In this document: positions 9,597 to 21,063 of the stretch, piece by piece | Layout of the letters: each line of letters starts with the position of its first letter | How positions within the stretch are numbered: position 1 is the first letter of the stretch | From: Rotaria socialis | Taxonomy: Eukaryota | Reading direction: 5' to 3' | Assembly (NCBI GenBank): GCA_905331485.1 | Contig: CAJNYT010004754.1 | Location: 77,906 to 107,385, forward strand | Length of the DNA stretch: 29,480 nucleotides | The notes under the pieces: model-generated | The model's input: the letters and a program-made list of their open reading frames with translations, nothing else | What the model was told of the DNA's origin: nothing | The model's database searches: none | Position numbers and translations under genes: made by a program

Positions 9597-10934
9597 CTAC
9601 TCTTCTTCTTCTTCTTCTTCTTCTTCTTCACCACCATCATCATCATCTTCTTCTTCACCACCATCATCATCATCTTCTTCTTCTTCTACTATATTTTCAA
9701 TATCAGCATCATCATCATCATCATCATCGTCTTCTTCATCTAAATAATTGATATCGTCTTCATCAACCCATACATCTTCTCCCATTTCATCCACCGCCAA
9801 TTTTTTTATCGTCCATGCAATATTACATAATTTCTTATTTCCCATATAATCATAGGGCACATAACAATAACCCCTGTCACCCTAAGAGAGAATTTAAAAA
9901 ATATACAATGAATGCAACGTATACATAGGCACCATACAGCTTACCCAACCTTTGCCCCACGAATTTCTTACAATGAATGCTTTTGATGAGTTACTATAGC
10001 CAGATAAGAGAACAGCATGCCTATAATAAGAAAAATAACAATTGATTGTCCGTTGTAAAAAAATTAGTATAAGCGAAATTACGATAAAAATACGAGTCTT
10101 ACCTGCCATGACTGTCACGGGAAGTTTCGTTCGCTTTGGGCATTGGAACCTTACCCTTTGCTTTGGCTTTGTCGAAGGACTTGTACAAATTGAGACTGAC
10201 AATTATAGGAAATCCTTGAGCAAGACAAGATTTCATTTCATTTATATCAATATGGACTTGGAGTGCTTCAGTAATCGTATATTCTTCGGCTTCGCTATAA
10301 CATTGTTGGATAGGTTTAGCATTGACCTTTTTAATATCATATGGCCACAGTGATTCAAGGCACACACCTGACTCTTCCAAGCTTTCAACTGCATACTGAA
10401 TGGCAGAACCTGTATCGGCGAGTTTTTGATTTTGCTTCAGACCCTTAAGACGGCTGTTGTAGTAGATGAAAAGACGACTAACATCAATTTGATTACCAGT
10501 TGATTTGTAGTTCAAGTATTCATAAGCTCCAGCCATGGCGTTTGCCGTGCTGAAAAGAACAAATATTTTCGGGAACAGAAATAGCAGTGCTCAATAAATC
10601 CATTGAATATGATGTTTTTTTAAATAAATATGAATATATTCTGCTCACCAACTACTGATGCTTGATTGATTTTCGATCTCGGTCATCCATGGACGAAGAT
10701 CAACTTTTTCTGGTAAATGTGATGGTGTATACTTAACGCATTGAGTGAAATCTTGCCGTAGACATTCTTTTTCAGGCATATAAGATGTTTCTTGGTCGCC
10801 ATTGAGACGAAAACGTTGGCCAGTTTTTCGGTCTTGCAAGTAAGTTTGCGTGATTTTTCTTAATGAACTATTATTTGTTGCAAAATAAATATTCGCTTTC
10901 TTTGATTTGGCGAAACTTCCTACCTATCAGTCAT
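9597..10934 (-). CDS. Papain-family (C1) cysteine peptidase of bacterial type, with no signal peptide or cathepsin prodomain and a poly-Asp/Glu C-terminal tail.
   Basis: Model: complement(join(9597..9881,9945..10020,10103..10549,10649..10867,10924..10934)), 1038 nt, 345 aa. GT-AG introns of 63, 82, 99 and 56 nt. The catalytic Cys codon is assembled across a splice junction: ...VDLRPWMTEIENQSSISS|C|TANAMAGAYEYL. The catalytic His lies in SHGRHAVLLSGY and the Asn/Trp in VRNSWGKGWGDRGYCYVPYDY. The 11-nt first coding exon (ATGACTGATAG) is the least certain part. Confidence 0.8.
9600..9740 (-). repeat. Coding GAA/GAT trinucleotide tract (acidic tail of the peptidase), including a perfect 27-bp tandem duplication.
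   Basis: It encodes DEEDDDDDDDDADIENIVEEEEDDDDGGEEEDDDDGGEEEEEEEEEE*. The plus-strand unit CACCACCATCATCATCATCTTCTTCTT occurs twice back to back (9629-9655 and 9656-9682). (CTT)n runs from about 9600 to 9628. Confidence 0.9.
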
Positions 10935-12139
10935 TAAAGTGTAGGATTCAATTAGATTTGTAAATCAGTGATTGACTGAAAAAGGAAGATTTATATTGTA
11001 CAGGCATAAATAGGGATTCTCTTTCGTAAGTTATATTTTTCAATAGGTTAGAAACGAATTCTCTATTAACAGTTATTATTTTCTACTTCAGTTTGACACT
11101 GTTTTCTGTAAAATAAAATCGATTATGGATTCACCGTTATCGTATATTATTTTAGATGAATAGAAAATAAGAAATGTCCGAGCAATTCATACATTTGATA
11201 TTGCAGATTAGTAAGACTTTGACACATCAAGAGGTGACATCCCTTTCTGCAAGAAATTCCGACACTTAGAAACGTTTTTTTCGTTCGACGCAAAAAATAT
11301 TAGTATTACGAATAAGGTGTACACAAGAATAATAAACAAAACAAAAATCTGAATTATCCATGCGTATACCTCATATACGTGGTGTAGGGTAAAGAAACGA
11401 GGTAATCACCGATATGTAGGTAGCTGATTCAATAAGGAAAAAAATAGGTTGATACAATCGTGATCAAAAAATGAAATAAGTTATAAATGAACCGGCTTGA
11501 TTTCTAGTGTCTATCCTTGTTTCTTCGAATGAACGATGTTTATTAAAACGATTTCTCTTGGCGTTAGTTTATTTCATTGACCTCTACATTTGAGTCTTTT
11601 GCCAATATTTAATTCGCTAGGCGTCCACATGAAATTTAGATGCCTATAAAAGTGAATTGAACTCGATATTGATCTTTTGTGCGATATGTTGTTTTCAATA
11701 ATTATTCAATTTGATAGATAATGTATTACTGGTAATAAAATTATTGAGGATTTGTAAAATAGGCGAAAAATGTCAATCGTCGATAAAGCAATCTGATCAT
11801 AATACCACCCACAATCGTCAGAAATTAGTCGATCGAACATGGTACTCATAGATTTGTCAGTTGCAAAAAAGAATCAAGTATCCTCATATAAAAACAACAA
11901 TACTTTGATGTTAGAGCAAAGGACAATGGGTCCCAAATTCATCTTAGAAAAATGTATCGGATACAGAACTCGTTTTGACAAAAACAAATAGCATTTTACG
12001 AATAACATACTAAAAATTGAAGTTATTGTAAGATTTTTTTATTCTTAATGACATGTATCCTATTACATAAATAAAAATGGTATTATTTCTGCACGCCTCT
12101 TTCAAATGACGCTACTTGATTGTTGACCAATTAAGATAA

Positions 12140-13152
12140 TCAACTGCATATACGACCGAAAAATTCAAATATAGAAGAAAATATCTGATAGAGCGGTGGA
12201 ACGATTCCAAAAACATATGGATAAAACAAACGAGTTTGCCCGTAAATACCAGCAGCTATAATTGCTTGAGCAGTTTTACGAACATCAGCAGCTAAACAAT
12301 GAATATTTTTGTTGGTTTTTTTAAGTGCCTCGTCAGTGCCAATTAATCCAAGCATGGCTACAGTAGTTGTAACACGATTTTGATATGCTTCACATATACG
12401 AAGTTCACGAGAAAGATTCAAAAAGAAACCTTGAACTGCATGTTTAGTTGTACCTAAATTCAAGAGAAAGATATTTTGTTCGTAAATTCCAAATTTTCCA
12501 ATGTTTACCATAAATAGTCGTTTGAGGAAATGGACAAGTGCCAGCTAATGAGGATACAGCAATAATTTGAGACGGCTGCCCGTCAGTTACGCTGCCATCT
12601 AAATACGGAAGCGCCGCCATTGCTAAATGCATACACGAAATAAACCTGTGGTCATGTAAATTGAATTTTCTTACTCGTATTGAAATATCCAAAAAAATTT
12701 ACATTCATAAGATTTTTCATATTTTCTATATTAGTTTTAATATCACTGTCGAAAAATGGTTCATAAATTGCTGCAGTATGATTAAGTACAAGGATATCAA
12801 TACCTTGATAATATTTTACTGTTTGCTTAATAAGTTCAATGCATGCTTGTTCTTTTGATGCATCGAATTCGACGCATTCAACTTGAGCTGCACCCAGTGA
12901 ACGACATTGCTCTGCGACTTTATTCTTTAATATATCAATGCTACGTGCAGCTAATACTATACGACAATTATAACGTGCATACTCATAAGCTAATTCTTCG
13001 CCGATGCCACGCGATGCTCCAGTTATGATTACACGTTTATTTTTTAATTTTGCTGGTTTAATGGATGCGACATAGAAATATGTTTTATAGATGTAATAGC
13101 TGAGTAGATATATGAAGAGAAAAAGTGCAACTGAAATCAGTATTTCAGCCAT
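12140..13152 (-). CDS. Membrane-anchored short-chain dehydrogenase/reductase, 11-beta-hydroxysteroid dehydrogenase type 1-like.
   Basis: Model: complement(join(12140..12453,12509..12622,12675..13152)), 906 nt, 301 aa. GT-AG introns of 55 and 52 nt. N-terminal TM anchor MAEILISVALFLFIYLLSYYIY. Rossmann motif ITGASRGIG. Also LVLNH and NVNFFGYFNTTMAALPYL (compare human HSD11B1 NFLSYVVLTVAALPML), SSLAG, and the catalytic Y-x3-K in YGTTKHAVQGFF after splicing. Confidence 0.85.
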
Positions 13153-14247
13153 GGTGTGAAATATGCTTATCTGTCACTCGAATAATGTTAGCTGTATGTG
13201 ACCGTCAACATTTCCAGTTCGTTTTTTTCTTCGCCTCTATCAATATTTACACACAACTTTCTAGAAAAAAGAGATTTTTTTTTATTTGTGTAACTCATTT
13301 CGTCTCATCTCAAAGGTAAAATACATCTTATCCAATAGAATTCCCCAGATGTCATCTGCTCTTGTTAATTGTATACTAGCGACGATGTGACCAATAAAGA
13401 TTTTGCTACAGAAAAATGTTGCGCGTTGCCAATCACTACAAGCCTCGAAAGAGTGTACGGTGTGCATACAGTAAAGACGCGTTATTTTCCACTACTAATA
13501 GAGAACCATCAAAAATATTGTTTCTGTTTACAAATAATCGAACGAGTCTTTTTTTCTTCAGGCCACTTTCAATTAACATTTTTATTTGACTTGAATTGTT
13601 CAGCTATGGGCTATTTAAAGTTGTCCTAGATTTTAATTTTATCTATTACATTTATTTCTGTACTTAAACTTTCAAGCTAAAACAGTAGAAATATTCTATT
13701 TTCCAACACGAATTAATGGTTCATTACAGATCAATATGCCAGATTATACACTTGATTATAATAGAAAATCATAATCATAATTGTCGTATGTTTGTACTAA
13801 TGTTAGTGTAATTATGATTGAAATCATTTTTGAAGTTGATTAACAAATATTAGGTCTAATAGATATATGTTGGCCTCTGTGGTAGTGCGAAAGAATAGGA
13901 AAAATAATATTGTATCGGCTGATAAAATTTTATATTAAGACACAACTGGCTGTCAAATCATCATCATCATTCGTTGATGAATCACATGAAATAACTGAAA
14001 AATAGACGCTCTATTGGTGAGCAATTTATGCATATATGTTTGCTTACGTATGTATTTCATGCATCGGTAGTCTTCTAGTGACAAAATAAAAATGATCGCA
14101 TCTATGATAAAAACAAATGGAAAAAAACCCAATAAAACTAGGAGCAAAACATATTTATTCATACGGCAGTCATATCATCGTGAATACTTCATTAAACAAC
14201 AAAATCAACATATTTTTGTTGAAAAATATTTTCATATTAATAAACAC

Positions 14248-16310
14248 ATGGCTACAGCCAATAGTACAACTAGTTCGACGAGAACAGAGAACTATGAAAC
14301 ATTCTCTCTACTATGGCTGGATGGACAAGTCAATGCAACAGAAGAGAACAAACGTGCCCAAACGCGACTTCGTTCGATCATCAATTATCTTAAATTATTT
14401 GAAAATCCCCAAGAGTGCCGACAATATATTAAGAACTGTTCTGAACAAGATCGGATTGTTCTTATCATCAGTGGTCGATTAAGCAAAGAATTAATTCCTC
14501 AAATTCATGAACTTCGACAACTCTCATCGGTCTATATCTATTGTAGACGTAAAAAGGAGTACAAAACTTGGGCGAAAGAGTTTCCTAAAGTATAAAGTTC
14601 TTCTTTCATTTGATAAATCAATATTCTTCATTAATTTATTTACAGATAAAACATATCGTTGTTCAACTTGATGATCTCGTTCAACGAATCAAAGAAGATC
14701 AAAGAGATCTTGGAAAAACAGAAGACCCAATATCTATGAATATTTACAATGCTGCCAGTAATCCAGATAAATCAACAACTGAACTTAATGGTAGTTTTAT
14801 TCATAATCTATTATTAATTGATGTTCTTGTTCGAATGCCATCGTTAGAAACTGATAAACACAGATTCGTTAAATCTTGTAAAGAAGACTATTCTGGCAAT
14901 GAACAGATGTTACGTATCATTCGTGAATTTGACAATGACTATAAGCCAAGAAAAGCTCTATGGTGGTACACACGTGATATATTTATCTTCAATATGTTAA
15001 ACAAAGCATTGCGAATACAAAATACGGACCGTTTATTATTATTTCATTTTATAATTCGTGACATTTATGAGCTAATAAAAGAAAATCAATGTCGAAAGCC
15101 GATAAAAGTTTATCGTTACCAGCGCATGTCGGCTGATGAATTAAGGAATCTTCAACGATCGATCGGTCAATATATCTCGATCAATTCATTCTTTTCGACG
15201 TCGTCTAATCGTGATACAGCAATGAAGTTTTCGACATTATCAGCTGCTTCAAACGATTTGCATCGAATATTATATATCATTGATGCTGATCCTCGTGCAG
15301 TGAAATCGAAGCCATTTGCTGATATCAGTTCGCTCAGTTACTTTCCCAGCGAAAATGAAATATTATTTATGATTGGTTGTATATTTCGGTTGGTTAGTAT
15401 TCATAGAGATGATATTGAAAATATCTGGATAGTTAAAATGGAATTAGCAGGAGATGATAACAATGATTTGAAGTCTCTTTTCTATCATTTAAAGAAAGAC
15501 TATGCTGGCGAGGAAGCCGAAGCGGGTATGCAATCTGTTGGCAATGTACTCTATTATATGGGACAATATGATCAAGCAGAAAAAATATATTCCCGTCTGC
15601 GTGAAAGATGTTCTACCGATGATACTTCGTATCCTTACTTGTGTTTCTCACTTGCTATGTTATATAAAGATAGAAAAGATTACGCGCGCAGTTTAAAATG
15701 GCTTGAAACAGCGTTAGAGAGGAAATTTCGGGCACCATCTATTGATAATATTTACATTGCTGGTCTGTATTGTTCTATCGGAAATATTCATTTGGAAAAG
15801 AAGGATTATAAAAAAGCGATGAAATTTTACAATCAATCAGGAGATTTCTACAAACGCGAAAATGCTTTGGATCATCCTGATGTATCTTCTTTGTATCACG
15901 GTATCGCCCGTATGTACTATTATCAAAATCAATATTCAGAAGCATTTCATAATTTTCAACGATCATTGAATATTCAACAGAAATATTTGCCTGCTAATCA
16001 TCCAGATGTAGCTATAACCTACAGTAGCATAGGTGATGTTTTTCAGCATGCTGGACAATATCCACGTGCTATGGAAAATTACACACGATCGCTTGAGATT
16101 CGAAAAAGATCACTACATCCTCAACATCCAGAAATAGCTGCGATTCATAAAATCATCGCTCAATTATATGAGGCAATGAGTAAATATAAAGAAGCTTTAT
16201 ATCATTATGAAAAAGCATCCAACATCTACTTTCCATCATTATCCAATAAACATCCGACTGTGATTGAACTCAAAAGCGATATTCAGCGTGTCACTTCAAA
16301 ACTGAAATAA
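14248..16310 (+). CDS. Tripartite protein: N-terminal alpha/beta module, R-S-ExE ADP-ribosyltransferase domain, and a C-terminal TPR (kinesin-light-chain-like) array.
   Basis: Model: join(14248..14589,14646..16310), 56-nt GT-AG intron (GTATAA...TTTACAG), 668 aa. ART triad: IKVYRYQ (Arg), NSFFSTSSN (S-T-S) and FPSENEILF (E-x-E). Downstream there are about six TPR-like repeats (e.g. AMKFYNQSGDFY, AFHNFQRSLNIQQKYLPANHPDVA, AMENYTRSLEIRKRSLHPQHPEIA). The start was chosen by homology with the start of the paralogue at 3122. Confidence 0.85.
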
Positions 16311-16514
16311 TTAAATTTTTCATAGTCAGAATTCCAGCAATGCGTTCTCCAAAAGCTGTTCGTAAACGGTGTCAAATGAAATCAGAGTATTCAGTATGAA
16401 AAAAAGATTTCATCTTTGCGGAAACATTAAATTGTAGTTTTTTTTTCGATTTTCAATGTAGTTGAAATACATGTTTTTATCTATTTGTTAATAATATATA
16501 TATATATGTAGCAT

Positions 16515-17511
16515 CATAGGCGGCGCGCCAGCTATGTGAGGGGTATCAATTGCTACCCCTATGGAAATTTAAGGGTAGCAATAAAAAGTTATTGCTACCC
16601 CTAATAATACACATTTCGATAATTGTTAGAAGAACGCTTATACACGATGAGCCTTGTTTTATTTTCCTCTGAGGCTCTACTTTCATCATGTATGTCTGAC
16701 ATTTATTTGTGTCAAGTTTGATGTCGGTTTGCATTACATGGTTGGAGAAACAAAGACTATTTTTTCGCTTTCTTTCCTGATACAAAGAAACTCTTGATTA
16801 ATTTCCACTGTTTTATATTCAATTCGATTTTTTTATGATGTACTACGAACAGTCCAAAAGTAGTGTTGTTAATACTGTATTTCCGTATAGAAAGCTTGAA
16901 GCAATTTTCTTTTTTCATATAGTGATAGAGAAAACAATGCTCTTTTTTTCTACGGCACTTGATCAATCTTCACTTAATATCAAAATTAAAAAGCCTGCAT
17001 AAGAACTGTTCTTTTTCTATAAAATGCGACAGTAGCACTAATTATATTAAAAAAGGCCAAGTGAGTACTTTTTGAGTAACTTTTCATTGGAACAAGATAG
17101 AGAGCTGTGGTCTTCGCAGTTTAAAAGAGGACATAAAGATGTATCGAATCGTATATTATAGGTTTTTTCATTCTGATTTTCTTAAGATTTTTCAGTCTTC
17201 TTTCAAAATAAATCTACTTCGCGAGGTATGTGCAGCGAATTTTCTATTATCACGTGTGCATTCAAACCGTTAATGAACGATCTATACAACAGCAAAAAGA
17301 GTTGACATGTTTAGAATTTATTATTCTGGAGTCATAGATATTCTAGTAGAAGCCGTAAGCGATTTTCCTAGCAATTTCTGTAGAAAGGTTTGCTTTTATT
17401 GTTTGCTATTTGATGCAAAACTATTTCTTTGGCACATAGAAAATTGATTAAACATTATCGGTTTAATAAACTTATTGCTACCCCTAGAAACTTTAGCTTG
17501 CGCCGCCCATG
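16515..17511. mobile_element. Non-autonomous DNA transposon (997 bp), same TIR family as 7420..8414, with a perfect 8-bp TSD.
   Basis: The left end is CATAGGCGGCGCGCCAGCTA...GGGGTA. The reverse complement of the right end is CATGGGCGGCGCAAGCTA...GGGGTAGCAAT. The 8-mer TGTAGCAT is present at 16507-16514 and again at 17512-17519. The subterminal motif ATTGCTACCCCT recurs three times at the left end (one copy inverted, forming a hairpin) and once at the right end. No credible transposase ORF. It lies about 200 bp downstream of the ART-TPR stop codon. Confidence 0.8.
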
Positions 17512-18126
17512 TGTAGCATATGAAAATATGAGTTTGCCATAAAAAAAATTCTTTTCTTTTTTTTCCACTTTACCAAATTGTAACGTGCACTTCCGTTTTG
17601 TGCACACCTTTACAAGATAAAAAATATGTACATGCTATTGCGGGCCGGTAAACAACATTATTTCAATAACAAGTATTAAATGGGTAAAAATGGCGTCTGA
17701 TGTCGACGATATCTTTTTCGATGAAAAAAAGCTATACAAATAGTTGTTTACATTGCATGAAAAGAATTTCATGTGTGTTATAAGCGATCAAAATTGACAC
17801 TCAAATGCTCCTGGATCACATCGCTTATGTAATGGCTTAAGAAACGTACAATCGTCGTACATAATGTAAATAGAAATGATGAAAACTTGTGATTCATGAT
17901 AGATGACCTGCTACTTGAATATGAATCACTAGAACGTTTTTGTTGGTTTCCTAGCTGTTACACTTGTTATGTGGCTCTTAAATAATTCATTGTGGCAAAA
18001 TTTCATGTTCACTATACACTAATGTGTTTTTTATTAATCGAATTATTTTATATCAATATTCTCAATGAAAGATCAATTTTAGTTCAACTAGTAGATACAA
18101 AGGAAAAGAAAAACGGAAAAACAAAA

Positions 18127-21063
18127 TCAATGTTGCTGTTTAGGATCGATTGATTCATGAAGAAATTTCTTTCGCCCTTCGGTGAAATCAGCTGCAATGT
18201 CACCGTTACCTTGAACGAGCCATTTTGTTGTTAATAAGCCTTCAACGCCAACAGGACCTCGAGCATGAATACGTCCAGTACTAATACCAACTTCAGCACC
18301 TATTGTTTAATGAATTATTTTTCACTCAGAAAATTCTAAACTAAACTTTTTTTCTCTTACCTAAACCAAATCGATAACCATCCGAAAATCTTGTACTAAC
18401 ATTATGAAAAACACATGCACTATCAACATTACTAATGAAATCGTTGGCTGCATTTTCTAGAAATAAAAATTCACGGAGAACTCCTGCATTCGCTGGCCGA
18501 TTATTGAATAGTTACGGTTGTCGGTTACAATCGAATCTGTATGATTTGAACCAAATTTATTTATATGCTCAATGGCATCATAGACGTCGTCAACTACTTC
18601 AATGGAACATTGTAAATCCCCATATTCAATGCGTAATGAATTTGCTGGCGGTGGTGGGAATGCAAGTAATGTAGAAAGACGTGGGCCCGAATAAACTTTG
18701 ACCTGAAAGCATGAAGGCAAAACTACATGTTGCCAAATAATGGATTGGCTAGTTTTAGCTGACCTTTTCAGTGCGGAATAATTCAATCAATGATTCAAAA
18801 AATGATGTCCGAATAAGATCCTTATGAACAAGTAGCGTTTCCATAGCATTGCAAGCACTTGGATAATCACATTTCGAATCTCGTACTATCGTATGAAAGA
18901 AATATTTTATAAAACAAACAAGCATGAATTTCAATTCTTACCAACACGTAACGCCATCTGTAAATCCGCATCTTTATCAATGAATACATGACATATACCT
19001 TCGGCATGACCGAGAACAGGAATTTGTACACTTTGTTTTTGTACAGAACGAACAAGTTCATTAGAACCACGTGGAATAACAAGATCGATATATTTTCCCA
19101 ATTGAAGAAGATCAGCGACTTGTTCACGTGTATTGATCTAATTATAAACATTTTTAAAATTTACTAATGAAAAAAAGACGCATTTGAAATTTTAATTACT
19201 AAAGCTATTGTATCACGAGGAGCAAATGGTTCAAGTGCATCTTGCATTAATTTCGTTAATATTTCATTTGAATATTTTGCTTCTGAACCCCCTTTCAATA
19301 GAAGACCATTGCCGGAACATATAGATAGAGCAGCTATTTGTGGTAAACTATCTGGTCGGGATTCAAATATGACTAGAAGAACACCGATGGGTGCTGTAAT
19401 TTGTTTTAACATGATTCCATCAGCTAAACGTGTTTGTCGAACAACTTGTCCTGAAAATATTCAATAAATCGCCTAATATAATCTATCTCAAGCATAGAAC
19501 GAAGAGATTTAGTATTGAAATACTCTTGTAATAACGTATTTCCTAAAAGGAATCAATCAGTTGGATAAATCTAAACGAACCGAGTACATCAGCTTTGTCT
19601 GCTATTTGTTGAAGACCAATGGATAAAGTTTTTAATTTCTTTTCTGATAGACCAAGTCGATCAAGTAATGAGACTTTAAGACCTGAAGCAAAACAACTTA
19701 TTGTTCTATAAACAAAACTTATATATATATATATATATTACCTTCTTTCGATGCATCTTCTAAATCATGTTTATTTGCTTGAAGAATGTCATTTGAGTAT
19801 TGAATTAAATTTGATGCCATTTTATTAATAATTGTTTTGCGTTGTTCTGTTGTTAGCCTTTGTAAAACTCGACTACCATCACGAGCTTTAATAATCAATT
19901 TTCTATGTCAATTTCGTCTATCAAAATACAACGAACCTTTCACAGCTTGAACATCAACTGGCAACGCTTGTGATGGAGTATTAGTAAAAAATGTTCCAAT
20001 TTTTTTCCCATCAATTATATTTAATATTGCTTTATCGTTTTGACCATTACTTATGACAACACCCACATTATGATCAAGTGCCCACGATGCACATTTTACC
20101 TAGGCAAAGGAAAAAAATGAATCGAAAAAAATCTCAAGATCTTTTTAATATCCAGATTTCAGTTCTGATAAGCTTCCGAACTATTTTAGATGACAGAAAA
20201 ATAGAAGCATTTTTTAGTTTTACTTTTGATTCCATTCCTCCGGTTCCAACTTTTGATCTTGCTCCAAATGAAATCAATCTTGAATCTTGTTTCGGACAAA
20301 ATGTATGTAATAATCTTGATCCTTCAGACGTCGGCGGCCCTGTATATAAACCATTAACATCGCTCATTATTAATAACAGATCAGCTGATATTAAAACAGC
20401 TAAACGAGCAGCTAATGAATCATTATCATTAATAACAATATCATCTTTTGCTGCTGTTACTTCCGCATCAGTATCTGTGCATGGTGCAACTGCATCATTG
20501 GTATTTAAAATAGGTATAATATTTAAATTGAGTAATTCATCAAGTGTAGCCTGCAAATTTTTTCGACTATCAACATTATAGAAATCAGTTTTTGTAACAA
20601 GCACTTGTGCAACGCCAATATTATATTGTTGAAACATGCGTTCATAAAATGACATAAGACCTTTTTGTCCGAAAGCCGCGCACGCTTGTCGTTGTATAGC
20701 TACTCGACTATTTTGAAGAATATCTTTTGGTGAAAGAGATTTTCTCATTGTCATTGTCATCATGGCTTCTTTTCGAAGAACTTGTCGACCAAAGGCAACA
20801 GCACCACTCGTCACTAATAACATTTGTCGACCTTCATTTTGCAATTGAGATACTTGTTCAACTGTTGATGCTAAACGTCCTATTGCAAGACCATCTTCAT
20901 TCTCGCGTGTTATTAGTGCTGTACCAAGTTTAACTATAACACGACGAGCATCTTTCATATCACTACGATTTGTTATATGTAGATATTTCGAATTTATGAT
21001 TCCATTTTTTTTATGGAAAATTCTATTCCAAGATAAATATGTATTTCGACTTAGAATTGACAT
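18127..21063 (-). CDS. P5CS: Delta-1-pyrroline-5-carboxylate synthase (bifunctional glutamate 5-kinase / gamma-glutamyl phosphate reductase).
   Basis: Ten exons, all phases consistent: complement(join(18127..18299,18361..18456,18516..18702,18764..18885,18942..19137,19200..19450,19581..19682,19742..19885,19937..20099,20224..21063)), 2274 nt, 757 aa. Kinase part: [15 protein letters not shown]...[13 protein letters not shown]...[11 protein letters not shown]...[11 protein letters not shown]|VKCASWAL. Reductase part: [15 protein letters not shown]...[12 protein letters not shown]...[13 protein letters not shown]...[11 protein letters not shown]...[17 protein letters not shown]...[15 protein letters not shown]...[10 protein letters not shown]...[43 protein letters not shown]. 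It is collinear with human ALDH18A1 as I recall it. Confidence 0.95.

Noticed and set aside
9437-9673. ORF 9437..9673 (-) translating to MMMMVVKKKMMMMVVKKKKKKKK.
   Set aside because: It is an alternative frame of the GAA/GAT acidic-tail repeat of the peptidase gene. The peptidase frame is supported by splicing and homology.
10868-10917. Treating the open frame upstream of 10867 (VGSFAKSKKANIYFATNNS...) as a coding extension of the peptidase exon.
   Set aside because: It has no in-frame ATG and is bounded by stop codons. The same 56 nt form a typical-sized GT...AG intron (10868..10923) that links an ATG at 10934 in frame to the exon, which is the more economical model.
20078-20581. A 167-aa ORF on the plus strand, together with similar antisense ORFs at 20727..20933, 10042..10353, 12661..12858, 12843..13028, 15775..15966 and 1566..1850.
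   Set aside because: All are antisense to, or out of frame with, well-supported exons (P5CS, peptidase, SDR, ART-TPR and its pseudogene). Their translations have no recognisable features.
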